The notes: generated from the letters alone by a model not told the origin. A DNA stretch of 64,000 nucleotides from a virus (IMGVR_UViG_3300025109_000007:3647-67646); one strand, 5' to 3'; shown: positions 8,948 to 19,416, counted from the stretch's first letter. Numbers and translations are program-made.

Positions 8948-9346
8948 GTGCCCAACATGACGATCACGAACATCGACAACGGCACGGTCCTGATCGGCGA
9001 GGGCGAGTTCAGCGACGAACTGCTCACCTTCGCCGGGGCCGACACCCTCGCGGAGGGCACCATCCTCGCCCGCGACAGCGGGACGGGGAAGCTCGTGCCG
9101 TTCGACCCCGACGACATCGGCGGCGTCGACCACGAGATCGCCAAAGCGGTCCTCACCTACGCCGTCACGGCCACCGGCGCCGGCGACGTGGCCATCCGGG
9201 CTCTCATCCGAGGGCGGGTGAACGCGGGGCGCCTCGTCGTGGACGACGGTGCGAGCGTGACGGCCGCCATCCGAGACCAGCTGCGCGCCTACGGCATCAC
9301 TCCGGTGAGCGTCAGCCAGCTTTCGCAGCTCGACACGCAGGACTGA
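8948..9346 (+). CDS. Head decoration protein (lambda gpD-like)
   Basis: TLAEGTILARDSGTGKLVPFDP...AKAVL...IRGRVNAGRL...LRAYGI pattern; GGAGG RBS. Confidence 0.7.
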   Translation: MPNMTITNIDNGTVLIGEGEFSDELLTFAGADTLAEGTILARDSGTGKLVPFDPDDIGGVDHEIAKAVLTYAVTATGAGDVAIRALIRGRVNAGRLVVDDGASVTAAIRDQLRAYGITPVSVSQLSQLDTQD

Positions 9347-9354
9347 GGACCCGC

Positions 9355-9648
9355 ATGAAGCAATCGGTCAACCTCCGCGCCCCGACCTCGCACGCCGCGC
9401 GCAACGCCGGCGACGAGGCCACCCGTGCCCGCCTCGAGCGCGAGGCGGAAGACCTCCGCGCGACGATGACGACGGACTTCGCCGTCGCGCCGCGCGTGAC
9501 GATCACCGCCCCCGACGGGACGGTGCTCGGCCCCGGCGACCCCGTCGACCCCAGCCTGTGGGACGGCGTCGAGGGCGGTGCTGGCTGGCGGCACGTCGAG
9601 AGGTTCGTCCGCGAGGGGCGGGTGCTCGCGCGGGCAGACGGGCGGTGA
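9355..9648 (+). CDS. Hypothetical protein
   Basis: GAGG RBS; in the operon. Confidence 0.55.
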   Translation: MKQSVNLRAPTSHAARNAGDEATRARLEREAEDLRATMTTDFAVAPRVTITAPDGTVLGPGDPVDPSLWDGVEGGAGWRHVERFVREGRVLARADGR

Positions 9649-9893
9649 TGATGACGGCCCGCCCGATCCGGCTGACGGCGCATCAGGCGCGCGAGGTAGC
9701 GGTGGCCGCCTCCGTGGACCCGCGCACCGTGCGGCGAGTCCTGCGAGGTGACCCGGTCCGTAGCTCGACGGGGGCCCGCGTTCGGACCGCCCTGGCTCGA
9801 CTGGGCTTCATCCCGCGGACGGGCCCGCAGGCCGGCGATCCGTCCGTGTGTGCCGGGGCCGCCTGCGTGGGCGACCTCGCGGAGGCCCGCTGA
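9648..9893 (+). CDS. Small HTH protein (LacI-type-like HTH)
   Basis: AREVAVAASVDPRTVRRVLRG...RVRTALARLGF. Confidence 0.6.
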   Translation: MMTARPIRLTAHQAREVAVAASVDPRTVRRVLRGDPVRSSTGARVRTALARLGFIPRTGPQAGDPSVCAGAACVGDLAEAR

Positions 9894-9894
9894 G

Positions 9895-10707
9895 ATGGCC
9901 ATCGACCCGTCCGCCCGCTACGCGGGGCAGCTCGACCTCTCGGACCCCGCGTTCCCCCACGGGAAGCCGCGCAACGTCTCCACCCCCGGAGACGGCACCG
10001 GTACGCCGTTCGAGGCGGGATGGCTCTCGGACTTGTTCGGCTGGCAGCAAGACCTGTTGGACGCCGCGGGGCTGACGCCGTCCGACGTGCCCGATGAGGT
10101 CGGCTCCTCGCAGTACAACGCCGGCATCCGCGCGATCGTTTCCGAGCGCTTCGACGGGGATGGGCGCGTGGAGTTCCCCGCCGCCCTGACTGAGACAGTC
10201 GTCGTGCCCGCCGCGGCGTTCACGGTCAACAACCAGGACCCGACGGAGTTCTCACGGACCACGGGGGCGATCGGCATCGTCGCGAGCGAGCCGGGGATCT
10301 TGCGGACGCTGGGCAGCTCCCCGGACGTCGACGCGTGGCTCGCGCTCAACCGCTACCTGCCCAGCGATGCGGTCCTGACGCGCGTTCGTGCCGCTGCGCT
10401 CTTCGACGACACGGGGATTGGCGCGGCGATTCGGCTCTACCTCGAGACCTACGGGATCGACTGGGCGAACTGGGTTGCCAGCGGAACCAACCACGTCGAC
10501 GCGTCGACGCTCCTGGACGAGAAGACGAAGGCCGCCGCCGACCCGAGCGCCCGCTACATCCTCGACTCCGGGGTGATCTCGTATTCGATGCTCACGAAGG
10601 CGGCGAGCCCCGCATCACGTGCGCTGCGGTTTCAGCTCGTCGGCGAGGGGCAGCACGTCTTCGCCCTCGAGCTCACGTTCACCCACCCTGGGCTCCGGAA
10701 CACCTGA
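9895..10707 (+). CDS. Tail fibre-like protein 1
   Basis: N-terminal ~85 aa paralogous to 18628-19416 (HGKxRNVxTPGDGTGTP...PDEVGxSQY). Confidence 0.65.
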   Translation: MAIDPSARYAGQLDLSDPAFPHGKPRNVSTPGDGTGTPFEAGWLSDLFGWQQDLLDAAGLTPSDVPDEVGSSQYNAGIRAIVSERFDGDGRVEFPAALTETVVVPAAAFTVNNQDPTEFSRTTGAIGIVASEPGILRTLGSSPDVDAWLALNRYLPSDAVLTRVRAAALFDDTGIGAAIRLYLETYGIDWANWVASGTNHVDASTLLDEKTKAAADPSARYILDSGVISYSMLTKAASPASRALRFQLVGEGQHVFALELTFTHPGLRNT

Positions 10708-11363
10708 TGGGCCTCTTCAGCAAGCTCAAGATCAAGCCCCCTGCAGCGTCGCTCGCCGACCTCGAGCACCAGCTCGAGCAGGCCACGGAAGCGCGGGCCG
10801 CCGCGGACGTCCAGGTCAGCGAGGCGGAACGCGAGTTCGACGCGACCGGCGCGGCGGAGGCGCTGTCCGTCCTTCAGGCGGCGAGACTCACGGCCGCGGA
10901 GGCCGCGGAGCACGTCGGCCGCGCCGAACGGCTGCTCTCGGCGGCCCGGGCACGCGAAGAGGATGCGCGGCGCGAGGAGCTCCGCGCGGAGGCGCACCGG
11001 CTCGACGCCGAACTGACTCAGGAGGCGCTCGAGGAGGCTGCGCGGCCCCTGGCGCGGCGTGAAGCCGAGCTCTCCGTGGAGCTCGCCACCGTGCGTCAGG
11101 ACCGGGCGGCCCTCGCCGCGGACGTCGACGCGAAGTGCGAGCGCCGCCGCGCCATCGCCCTCGAGCTCGACGAGGAGGGGGGCCACGGTGGGATCTGGAT
11201 CGACGAAGGCGGGCGAGCGCGGTCCGGCTCACCACACGGGGGCCAGCGCGGAAGCATCGTGCGGAGCGCTGAACGCGTCTGGACCGAGCTGCAGCACCTC
11301 TCGCCGCAGTCGAGTACCGGCCAGCTCGTTCGTAAGATCATCGAGTCCGGCGAGGGACGCTGA
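10707..11363 (+). CDS. Coiled-coil hypothetical protein
   Basis: Long A/E/R/L heptads; TGATG coupling. Confidence 0.6.
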   Translation: MGLFSKLKIKPPAASLADLEHQLEQATEARAAADVQVSEAEREFDATGAAEALSVLQAARLTAAEAAEHVGRAERLLSAARAREEDARREELRAEAHRLDAELTQEALEEAARPLARREAELSVELATVRQDRAALAADVDAKCERRRAIALELDEEGGHGGIWIDEGGRARSGSPHGGQRGSIVRSAERVWTELQHLSPQSSTGQLVRKIIESGEGR

Positions 11364-11695
11364 TGCGACGCCGCCCGGCCAAGAAGCGCGCGCGCCCTGG
11401 CCGCTATGTCTTCGAGGAACGATTCGACGCGCCGGCCGACCTCATCGCCGCGGCGCGCGAGCGCGCGGAGCGGTGGGCGCCCCTGGCGCGCGCGCAGCGC
11501 GTGCGAGGTGACCTCGTGGTCCTCGCTGGCGTGCGAGACGGGAAGGCCATCGTGACGATGGCGCCCCGCGTCGAGGTGGCGGCGTCGACTCCCGATCGGG
11601 ACTTCGAGCGGCAGCTCCGCCAGCCCACGCCAGGTCGGGTGGGCGTCTACGTCGGGGGCGCGCCGTTCTTCTTCGTCGAGGAGTCCTCGACGTGA
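11363..11695 (+). CDS. Hypothetical protein
   Basis: Coupled at both ends. Confidence 0.5.
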   Translation: MRRRPAKKRARPGRYVFEERFDAPADLIAAARERAERWAPLARAQRVRGDLVVLAGVRDGKAIVTMAPRVEVAASTPDRDFERQLRQPTPGRVGVYVGGAPFFFVEESST

Positions 11696-13722
11696 GCACG
11701 CGATTCTCCGTCGAGGCGGCGTTCAAGGTCGTGGACCGGATGACCCGGCCCGTGCGCCGCATGCAGAACACGATCGGTCGCTTCACCCGAGACGTGCGGT
11801 CAGGGTTTCGCGATCTGGGGGCGTGGGGGACCCGTCTGCGGCACGGGATCACGGCCGTGGGGTTTGCGATCGCGGGCGCGATGGCGCTGGCCGCGCAGGA
11901 ACTTCGGAAAGTGATCTCGCTGGGGATGGACTTCGATTCGACGATGGCGAGAGCAGCCGCCAGATTCGGGGTCGCAACAGACTCCGCCGAGGGGCGAGCG
12001 CTGGAAGAGGCGGCGCTCGCCCTCGGTCGCAACACGGAGTTCATGGCCAGCCAGGGGGCGGAGGCGCTGGCGGAGCTCGGCGCCACGGGGCTCACCGCGG
12101 CGCAGTCCATCGCTCAGCTCACCGCGATCGCGAACACCGCGACGTCGGCCGGGATCGAGCTCGGCGAAGCGTCGGAGTGGGTGACCGATCAGATGAGCGC
12201 CTTCGGACTCGTCTCCGACGACCTGGGGGAGGTGACTCGGAACGCGCAGCGAGTCTCCGACGTGATGGCCCTTGGGGCCAACATGGCCGGCCACACGTTC
12301 GGTCAGCTGAACGAGGCCTTGACCAACGTGGCCGCCGGTGCGGCGAGCGCCGGCCTCCCCATCGAGGACGTGACGGCCGCCCTCGCGTCGCTGGCGGGGG
12401 CGGGCGAGAAGGGCGCCCGCGCCGGGACGCGCCTCGACGCGATGCTCCGCGACCTCCGCACGCCCTCAGCCCAGGCGCGACGCGCGCTCCGTGGTCTCGG
12501 CGTCGAGGTTCGGAACGCGGATGGCACCCTTCGCCCCATCACCGACATCGTGCGTCAGTTCGAAGGGGCTCTCGACGGGATGAACGACGGCGCTCGCGAT
12601 CGGGCGCTCAGCCGGATCTTCACCGACCAGGGTCTGCGCCCGATGCAGCTGCTCCTGCAGCAGGGGTCTGAGAAGCTGGACGGATTCCGCAGTCGCCTGG
12701 ACAACGCCAACGGGGCCGCAGAGGCCTTCGCCAACCAGGTTCGCGACAACGCAGCCGGCGATCTCGCCTCGTTCGGGTCCGCTCTCGAGGGGCTCCGGCT
12801 TCAGACCTGGAGTCTGGTACGCGGTCCCTTCCGCGAGATGGTCCAGGCTTCCACGGAGTGGCTCCGAGCGAACCAGGGCGTCATCGCGTCCGGGCTGCGA
12901 GGCTTCGTCGAGTTCCTCACCGCGAACATGCCCACGATCGAAGTCTGGGCTCGCCGCATCGGGATCGCGGTTGCGATCGTGGGCACGCTTCTCCTGCTGA
13001 CGATGGCGGCGTTCGTCGCGGTCATCGTCGCGATCCCGGCTCTGATCGTGGGCGTCGTCAGCCTGCTCGTGGCGGCCTGGGAGTGGGTCGCCGACGCGGC
13101 GAGCTCCGCGGCCGCGTGGATCGGCGAGGCGTTCGGCGGGGTATGGAACGCGGTGCGCGACTTCTTCGGCGCCGCGCTCGAGTTCGTCGTCGGGGTCTTC
13201 GTGCTGCTGCGACGGCAGGCCATGACCCTCCTGCGTCCGGTGATCGACTGGATGGCGAGCGCTGGCGCGTGGATCGCGGAGAGGTGGCGACCGATCGGGG
13301 CGTTCTTCGGTGGCCTCTGGGCGGGGATAGCCTCCGCCTTCTCGGGCGCTTGGGACGGTCTCGTGAAGCAAGCTGTCGCCATCTACAGCCGATTCCTCGC
13401 CATCTGGCGCCCCCTCCGCGGCTTCTTCGCGAGCCTGTGGAGCGGTATCGCACAGCTGTTCCACGGCACCCTCGGCGGAGTGCTCGACCAGGTGGGTCGC
13501 GTTGTCGAGAACGTGCGCGGTGTCGGCCGCGCAGAGCTCGACGGCGACGCGCCGCCGCCTTCGGTCGTCAGCCCGGAGGCTCGGGTGGCTCGATCGATCT
13601 CCGAGAGCACCAGCACCGAGCGGGCGGAGATCACCGTGCGCTCCGGCGACGGCGCGACGGCTGAGGTCACGCGGCGACCGCGCGGCAACACGCTCCTCGT
13701 GCCTGCGTCGGGAGCGACGTGA
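11692..13722 (+). CDS. Phage tail tape measure protein (TP901-type core)
   Basis: GRNTEFMASQGAEAL, GEKGARAGTRL, hydrophobic segment and Trp/Phe-spaced repeats. Confidence 0.92.
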   Translation: MSTRFSVEAAFKVVDRMTRPVRRMQNTIGRFTRDVRSGFRDLGAWGTRLRHGITAVGFAIAGAMALAAQELRKVISLGMDFDSTMARAAARFGVATDSAEGRALEEAALALGRNTEFMASQGAEALAELGATGLTAAQSIAQLTAIANTATSAGIELGEASEWVTDQMSAFGLVSDDLGEVTRNAQRVSDVMALGANMAGHTFGQLNEALTNVAAGAASAGLPIEDVTAALASLAGAGEKGARAGTRLDAMLRDLRTPSAQARRALRGLGVEVRNADGTLRPITDIVRQFEGALDGMNDGARDRALSRIFTDQGLRPMQLLLQQGSEKLDGFRSRLDNANGAAEAFANQVRDNAAGDLASFGSALEGLRLQTWSLVRGPFREMVQASTEWLRANQGVIASGLRGFVEFLTANMPTIEVWARRIGIAVAIVGTLLLLTMAAFVAVIVAIPALIVGVVSLLVAAWEWVADAASSAAAWIGEAFGGVWNAVRDFFGAALEFVVGVFVLLRRQAMTLLRPVIDWMASAGAWIAERWRPIGAFFGGLWAGIASAFSGAWDGLVKQAVAIYSRFLAIWRPLRGFFASLWSGIAQLFHGTLGGVLDQVGRVVENVRGVGRAELDGDAPPPSVVSPEARVARSISESTSTERAEITVRSGDGATAEVTRRPRGNTLLVPASGAT

Positions 13723-15008
13723 GCTGGGAGGACCGAGTCCGGGAGGCGGCCTACACGTCTCCGAGCGGTACGCGTCGCGTCTTCGCCTTCGAGACCGTCT
13801 CGGCCGAGGTCGAGCTCAGGGCGAAGGCGTTCGAGTTCCCCGGCGTCGACGCCACCTACGTGCAGGGAAACGGGCACGGTGGTCGGCGGTTCCCCCTCCG
13901 CTGCTTCTTCTCGGGCGACGACCATGACCTCGAGGCGGAGGCGTTCATCGGAGGGCTGCTCGAGCGCGGGGTCGGGCGCCTCGAGCACCCGTTCTACGGG
14001 ACGCATGACGTCGTGCCGCTCGGCACGATCACCCGTCGCGACGACCTCAAGGACGCGGCCAACCAGACCGTCGTCGAGGTGACGCTGGCCGTCTCCCTGA
14101 CGCGGGTCTACCCGACGCTCCGGCCCAGCCGCTCGGCGGAAGTGTCGGCGTCGCTGCGAGCCCTCGACGAGGCGAGCGCCCTGCAGTTCCAGGACGCGCT
14201 GGACCTGAGCACTGCCGCGGCGCGCGCGAGCGAGGAGAGCGCCGTGCGCGACTCGCTCGCCGCCGCGAGCGCCACGCTCGCCGACATCGCTGCTGGTGTG
14301 GACGCGGTGCGCGACGCGTTCCGAGATGCGCAGGACGCCGTGAACCTCGGTCTCGACGTGCTGATCGGACAGCCGCTGCAGCTCGCGCAGAGCATCGCCA
14401 ACCTCGTCCGCGCGCCAGCTCGATCGGATGTGGCGATCCGCTCACGGCTCGAGGCCTACGGGGACTTCCTCGAGCGAATCGTTACCGCGCCCTCCGCGCG
14501 CCCGGGCGACGCGTTTCTCAGCGGGGTGGTCCTGCCCGGCCGGCGCCGCGTGGTCTCCAACGACTTCCACACCGCCGTGGTCTTCGCCGCGCAGGGAGTC
14601 GCTGGGAGCGTCGAGAGCGTGCTGAACCACCGGTTCCCGGACCGCCCCGCTGCTCTGGCGGCGGCGGAGACGCTCCTCGGGCAGCTCGATCGGGTCGTGC
14701 CGTGGATGGAGGATGGCTTCGGCGATCTCGCCGATGCGGACGCGCCTGCGAGCGTGGACACGGGCGGCACCTACCAGGCGCTGCAGGAGGCGGTCGCCCT
14801 GGCTGCGGGCTTCCTTGTCGAGATCTCCTTCACCTTGCTCCCCCAGCGGCGCGTGGTGCTCGACCGTCCCCGCACGATCATCGACCTCGCCGCCGAATTC
14901 TACGGAGAGGTGGACGGTCGGCTCGACTTCATCCTGCGGACCAACGATCTAAGCGGGTCCGAGATCCTCGAGCTCCCGCGAGGACGGGAGTTCGTCTTCT
15001 ATGCCTGA
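13719..15008 (+). CDS. Mu gpN-like DNA circularisation domain protein
   Basis: MSWEDRVREAAY, FEFPGVD, GRLEHPFYG; follows the tape measure. Confidence 0.85.
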   Translation: MSWEDRVREAAYTSPSGTRRVFAFETVSAEVELRAKAFEFPGVDATYVQGNGHGGRRFPLRCFFSGDDHDLEAEAFIGGLLERGVGRLEHPFYGTHDVVPLGTITRRDDLKDAANQTVVEVTLAVSLTRVYPTLRPSRSAEVSASLRALDEASALQFQDALDLSTAAARASEESAVRDSLAAASATLADIAAGVDAVRDAFRDAQDAVNLGLDVLIGQPLQLAQSIANLVRAPARSDVAIRSRLEAYGDFLERIVTAPSARPGDAFLSGVVLPGRRRVVSNDFHTAVVFAAQGVAGSVESVLNHRFPDRPAALAAAETLLGQLDRVVPWMEDGFGDLADADAPASVDTGGTYQALQEAVALAAGFLVEISFTLLPQRRVVLDRPRTIIDLAAEFYGEVDGRLDFILRTNDLSGSEILELPRGREFVFYA

Positions 15009-16044
15009 GCGCCTCGAGGAGGTCGCTCTCCGGATCGCTGCTCAGCGCTGGCTGGCCTGGGAGGACTTCGAGCTCAACGTCTCCATCGACCGCCCGGCGA
15101 CTGTGGGCTTCGTGGCGCCGTTCGAGCCCGAGCGCCCCGGTTTTCGGGAGGCCTTCGCCCCCCTTGCGTTCACCCCCGTCTCGGTGAGCATCGGGGAGGA
15201 GGTGGTGTTCAACGGAACGCTCATGGACATCACGCCGAGGCGCACCTCGGACGAACGAACCGTGGAGGTCGCGGGCTACTCGTTCCCAGCGGTCCTCGTC
15301 GACTGCACGCCTCCGGCGAACGCGTTCCCGCTCGAGCTCAACGGGCTGAAGCTCAGCCGGATCGCGGAGACGCTCGTCGCTCCCTTCGGGCTCGACGTGG
15401 TCTTGGAGGGAGACGAGGGCGCAGCGTTCCGTCGGGTCGCGGTGAAGCCGGACCAGGCGATCTTCAGCTTTCTGACCGAACTCGCGCAGCAGCGAGGGCT
15501 GGTGATCGCGGACACGCCGTCGGGCGCCCTTCGCTTCCTGACCTCCGCTGCGTCCGGGTCGCCGGTGGCGGCGCTCCGCGAGAACCAACCGCCGCTTCTC
15601 AGCGTGGAGCCTCGTTTCGCACCACAGCAGTACTTCAGCGAGGTGACGGCCATCGCGAAGACGCGCGCCGGCCGGACCGGGCAGAGCTACACGGTCGCCA
15701 ACCCCTTTCTGACCAACGAAGTTCGGCCTCACACCTTCGTCTTGGGCGACACCGACGATCCGGACCTCCCGACGGCGGCGCGCGCGAAGCTCGGCCGGAT
15801 GCTCGGCAACGCGCTCACCGTGACGGTCGAGCTGCCGACCTGGCGCCACCCGGGCGGCGCGCTGTGGTGGCCGAACCAGACGGTCCTGCTCGAGGCGCCC
15901 GGCGCGATGATCTACCGCGAGACCGAGTTCCTGATCCGTGACGTGTCCCTCCGCCAAACCTCGGAGGCCCAGATAGCCAAGCTCGAGGTCGTGCTCCCCG
16001 GCGCGTTCTCCGGCGAGGTGCCGGAGTCGCTCCCATGGGTCTGA
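15001..16044 (+). CDS. Baseplate hub (Mu gpP/gp44-like)
   Basis: LVDCT, LAQQRGLVIADTPSGAL, GALWWPNQTV. Confidence 0.85.
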   Translation: MPERLEEVALRIAAQRWLAWEDFELNVSIDRPATVGFVAPFEPERPGFREAFAPLAFTPVSVSIGEEVVFNGTLMDITPRRTSDERTVEVAGYSFPAVLVDCTPPANAFPLELNGLKLSRIAETLVAPFGLDVVLEGDEGAAFRRVAVKPDQAIFSFLTELAQQRGLVIADTPSGALRFLTSAASGSPVAALRENQPPLLSVEPRFAPQQYFSEVTAIAKTRAGRTGQSYTVANPFLTNEVRPHTFVLGDTDDPDLPTAARAKLGRMLGNALTVTVELPTWRHPGGALWWPNQTVLLEAPGAMIYRETEFLIRDVSLRQTSEAQIAKLEVVLPGAFSGEVPESLPWV

Positions 16045-16559
16045 TCTCTCAGCTGCTCTCGTTCACTCGCGCGCGCGTCGACGACGCGCATGTCTCGGAC
16101 GCGAAGATCGACCCGGGCGGCGGTGCGAACGTCACCGCGCATCACTTTGGGCCCCCGGGCGACGACTCGGTCCCGCTGCCGGGTGACTTCGTCGCGACGT
16201 CGCCCTCGACCGGGACCGGCACGGAGCAGGTCACCGGGTACATCGACCCGGCCAACGAGCCGCAGGCCGAGGCAGGCGAGAAGCGGCTCTACTCGAGGGA
16301 CGGCGACGGCGCCGTCGTTGCCGTCGTGTGGCTGAAGAACGACGGGTCGATCGTGATCGACAACGGCACCGGGGCGATCGAGCTCGAGCCCGGGGGCAAC
16401 GTCACGATCAACGGCGTGACGATCGACACCGACGGGAATGTCAGTGCCCCCGGCGAGGTCAGCGCCATGAGCAGCGCGCCTGCCACGCGCGTGGGCCTGT
16501 CGACCCACCTTCACCCCACGGCGATGGGTCCGAGCGATGCGCCAACCCCAGGCACCTGA
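16035..16559 (+). CDS. Baseplate spike (Mu gp45-like)
   Basis: GDDSVPLPGD, AGEKRLYS, beta-repeat region, C-terminal HLH metal-binding motif. Confidence 0.85.
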   Translation: MGLISQLLSFTRARVDDAHVSDAKIDPGGGANVTAHHFGPPGDDSVPLPGDFVATSPSTGTGTEQVTGYIDPANEPQAEAGEKRLYSRDGDGAVVAVVWLKNDGSIVIDNGTGAIELEPGGNVTINGVTIDTDGNVSAPGEVSAMSSAPATRVGLSTHLHPTAMGPSDAPTPGT

Positions 16560-16996
16560 TGCCCCTCGACCTTCCGGTCCTGACCGCCGAGCTTCAGGCC
16601 GTCGCCGCGGAGCCTCCGTCGACGGTGGCGGAGTGCGCGGCGTCCTGGGCAGCAGCCGCGGGCGACCACGCCCTCGGCGTGGTTCCTGCCTCGTCAACGG
16701 TCGCTGTGGCAGCCTCGGCGCTCGAGACGGCCCTGGTGACGGCGTTCTCGGCGGGGGCCGCCGCGCCGGGCATGGAGACAGCCTTCGCCGCCTTCGCCGT
16801 GACCATCGGCGGCGGCATGGCCGGCTTCGTGCCGACGCCGCCCGCGGGCCCCGTCGGCTTCGCGGCGCAGTTCGCCGGGCCGAAGCCGGCGACGCACGCG
16901 GCTGCGGCGGGCGCCGTCGCGGCGCTGATCGACACTTGGATGCGGACCGGGACCGCGACGCCCTCGGGCGGTGGCGCCCCCGTCTCGTGGAGCTGA
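16559..16996 (+). CDS. Hypothetical baseplate-region protein
   Basis: TGATG coupling; Ala-rich. Confidence 0.6.
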   Translation: MPLDLPVLTAELQAVAAEPPSTVAECAASWAAAAGDHALGVVPASSTVAVAASALETALVTAFSAGAAAPGMETAFAAFAVTIGGGMAGFVPTPPAGPVGFAAQFAGPKPATHAAAAGAVAALIDTWMRTGTATPSGGGAPVSWS

Positions 16997-16998
16997 CC

Positions 16999-17427
16999 GT
17001 GACCGACGTCCTGATGCAGCACACCGCCGATGGCGGCGAGATCACGGTCGAGGGCGGCCGCGTCAGGCTCGACGATGGCGTCCAGACGGCCGTCTACCTC
17101 TCGATGTTCGGCGGGAACGAGCGCGACGCCGGGACGGGCGCTACCGAGAGCGAGCAGTGGTGGGGGAACCTTCTCGAGGAGCAGCCCGCCCGCCGACTCC
17201 GAAGCGAGACACAGCATCTCCTCCGCGCGCTCCCCGCGATCACCGCCAACGTGAGCCGGGTGGAGGACGCCGTCCGGCGTGACCTGTCCTGGCTCGAGGA
17301 GCTCGGCGCCACGGTCTCCGCGACGGCGACGCTCCCCGCGGTCCGACGCATCCGGATCGCGGTCGTCGTCGAGTTCGACGGCGACAGGACCGAGCTGCGC
17401 TTCGACGAGGAGTGGGCACCAGTATGA
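16999..17427 (+). CDS. Baseplate protein, Mu gp46-like
   Basis: GVQTAVYLSMFGG...QWWGN...DLSWL. Confidence 0.85.
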   Translation: MTDVLMQHTADGGEITVEGGRVRLDDGVQTAVYLSMFGGNERDAGTGATESEQWWGNLLEEQPARRLRSETQHLLRALPAITANVSRVEDAVRRDLSWLEELGATVSATATLPAVRRIRIAVVVEFDGDRTELRFDEEWAPV

Positions 17428-18620
17428 GCCTCGAAACACCCACCACCGGCGAGATCGCCGACAACATCCTCGCGCAGATCGAAGCGCAATTCGGTCAGAG
17501 CGTTCCGCTGCTCGCCAAGGCCTTCCTCCGGGTGCTCCCGCGTGCGCTCGCAGGCGTCTTCACGCTGCTCTACAAGTACTCCGGGTTCATCTTCCTGCAG
17601 CTCTTCGTCTCGACCGCGTCCACGCGAGAGACCGTGATCAATGGACAGACCCTGGTTCCGCTGGTGGAGTGGGGGCGCCTGATCGGCGTGGGCGATCCGG
17701 AGCCGGCCACCCGCGCCGAGCTCGTCGTCGTCGTCACCGTGGAGGTCCAGTCGGGCATCCTCGCTGCTGGCTCTCAGCTCCTGTTCCCTTCCACCGGAGT
17801 CGTCTACGTCACCACGGCGTCGGTCGCGCTCGACGCGCCCACGAAGACGGTGAGGATCCGAGCGGTCTCGGATCAGCAGGGCGGCGGCGGGGCCGGGGCG
17901 ATCGGCAACCTCCAGGCCGGCGACGTGGTGAGCTTCGCCAGCCCGCTCGCGAACGTGGCTCGAGACGCCGTGGTCGACTCTCAGGTGGTCACAGGTGCGG
18001 ACGGTGAGTCGTGGGACGCCTACCGCGGCCGCGTGCTCCGAAAGGCAGGGCGCCGACCCCAGGGCGGCGCCTACTCCGACTACCGAGACTGGGGCGAGGA
18101 GGGCGCCGGCATCCTGAACGTCTACCCCTACTCGAGCGCGAGCCCGGGCCAGATCGATGTCTACGTCGAGGCCACGGCCGCGAGCTCGGGGAGCGCAGAC
18201 GGCATCCCCACGGCGGCGCAGCTGACCGAGGTGACCAACCTCATCAACCTCGAGGTCGACGGGCTCGCGAGCAGGCGGCCGGTGAACGCAGCGGTGAACG
18301 TGCTGCCGATCACCCGCAGCCCGTTCGACCTGCGGGTTGGTGGTCTCGCGGCCGACGATGTGCCCGCCGCGCAGGCGGCGATCGAGGCGGCGGTAGACGA
18401 GTACCTGCGCTCGCGGGCTCCGTTCATCGCGGGCCTGTCGGTCCTCCCGCGCAGGAACCGAATCACTGAGGCTGCGCTTGCCGGCGTGGTCGACGAGACG
18501 GCGAGCGCCCTGGGCGGGAGCATCACGACCGTGGTCCTGCGAGAAGGCGGAGCGGATCTAGTCGCTCGAGACCTTGGCGAGGGTGAGACCGCGAAGCTCG
18601 GAGCGATCAGCTGGACGTAG
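17424..18620 (+). CDS. Baseplate J-like wedge protein
   Basis: GAIGNL, GADGESWDAYRGR, PQGGAYSDYRDW. Confidence 0.9.
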   Translation: MSLETPTTGEIADNILAQIEAQFGQSVPLLAKAFLRVLPRALAGVFTLLYKYSGFIFLQLFVSTASTRETVINGQTLVPLVEWGRLIGVGDPEPATRAELVVVVTVEVQSGILAAGSQLLFPSTGVVYVTTASVALDAPTKTVRIRAVSDQQGGGGAGAIGNLQAGDVVSFASPLANVARDAVVDSQVVTGADGESWDAYRGRVLRKAGRRPQGGAYSDYRDWGEEGAGILNVYPYSSASPGQIDVYVEATAASSGSADGIPTAAQLTEVTNLINLEVDGLASRRPVNAAVNVLPITRSPFDLRVGGLAADDVPAAQAAIEAAVDEYLRSRAPFIAGLSVLPRRNRITEAALAGVVDETASALGGSITTVVLREGGADLVARDLGEGETAKLGAISWT

Positions 18621-18627
18621 GAGACCC

Positions 18628-19416
18628 ATGGCCATTTCCCCCCAGACCATCTACGCCGGTCAGATCGACACGAGCGATCCGGCGTACCCCCACGGCAAAG
18701 CCCGGAACGTCACGACTCCGGGCGACGGCACGGGTACCCCGCTCGAGGCGCGCTGGCTGAACGACCTCTACGGCTTCCAGCAGGCACTGCTCGCGGAGGT
18801 CGCCGCAACACCGTCGGGGAGTCCGGACGAAGTCGGGGCCTCGCAGTACCTGGACGCGGTGAAGCTGGTCGGGGCGAGCCAGAGGTTCGATCCGAACGGT
18901 GAGATCGTGCTGGTCGACTCGGCGGGCAGCCCCGTCACCCTCTCGGGGCTCGTGTACGTCGGCGCCAACGGCCTGATGGTCGACGGCCCGACGACCGAGC
19001 TGATCAAGGCACGGGGCGGCGTCACCCTCGCGGCGGCCAACAAGCTGGCGTGGTGGGACCTCACTCCGCGCCTCTCGCGGAACTGGACGCTGGTGCGCGC
19101 GCGCGTCCTCGTCGAGCCAGGCGCCGCCCGTGGAGCGGGAAACCGCATCGACGCCGCGCTCCAACACGACGGCTACGGGATCTCCTTTGCGAAGCCCATC
19201 TCGCTGACGCAGACGGTGGACGCGACGGCGAGCGACGACGGCACGGCCGATCGGCAGTGGATCACTCTGACGCCCGCGGCGCCGGTCGCGGTGAACGCCG
19301 GGGCCACGTGGACCCTCGAAGTGGAGTCCAGCCCGCTGGTCACGGGGGCGGGGGACGCGGATACGATTCGTGCGGCCGTGATCGAGTTCACGACCACGAA
19401 GCTGACGAACATCTAG
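18628..19416 (+). CDS. Tail fibre-like protein 2
   Basis: N-terminus shared with 9895-10707; follows baseplate J; AGGAG RBS. Confidence 0.7.
   Translation: MAISPQTIYAGQIDTSDPAYPHGKARNVTTPGDGTGTPLEARWLNDLYGFQQALLAEVAATPSGSPDEVGASQYLDAVKLVGASQRFDPNGEIVLVDSAGSPVTLSGLVYVGANGLMVDGPTTELIKARGGVTLAAANKLAWWDLTPRLSRNWTLVRARVLVEPGAARGAGNRIDAALQHDGYGISFAKPISLTQTVDATASDDGTADRQWITLTPAAPVAVNAGATWTLEVESSPLVTGAGDADTIRAAVIEFTTTKLTNI

Noticed and set aside
9895-19416. Invertible or DGR-diversified tail fibre system
   Set aside because: Copies are co-oriented and diverged; no invertase, reverse transcriptase or adenine-specific TR/VR pair seen
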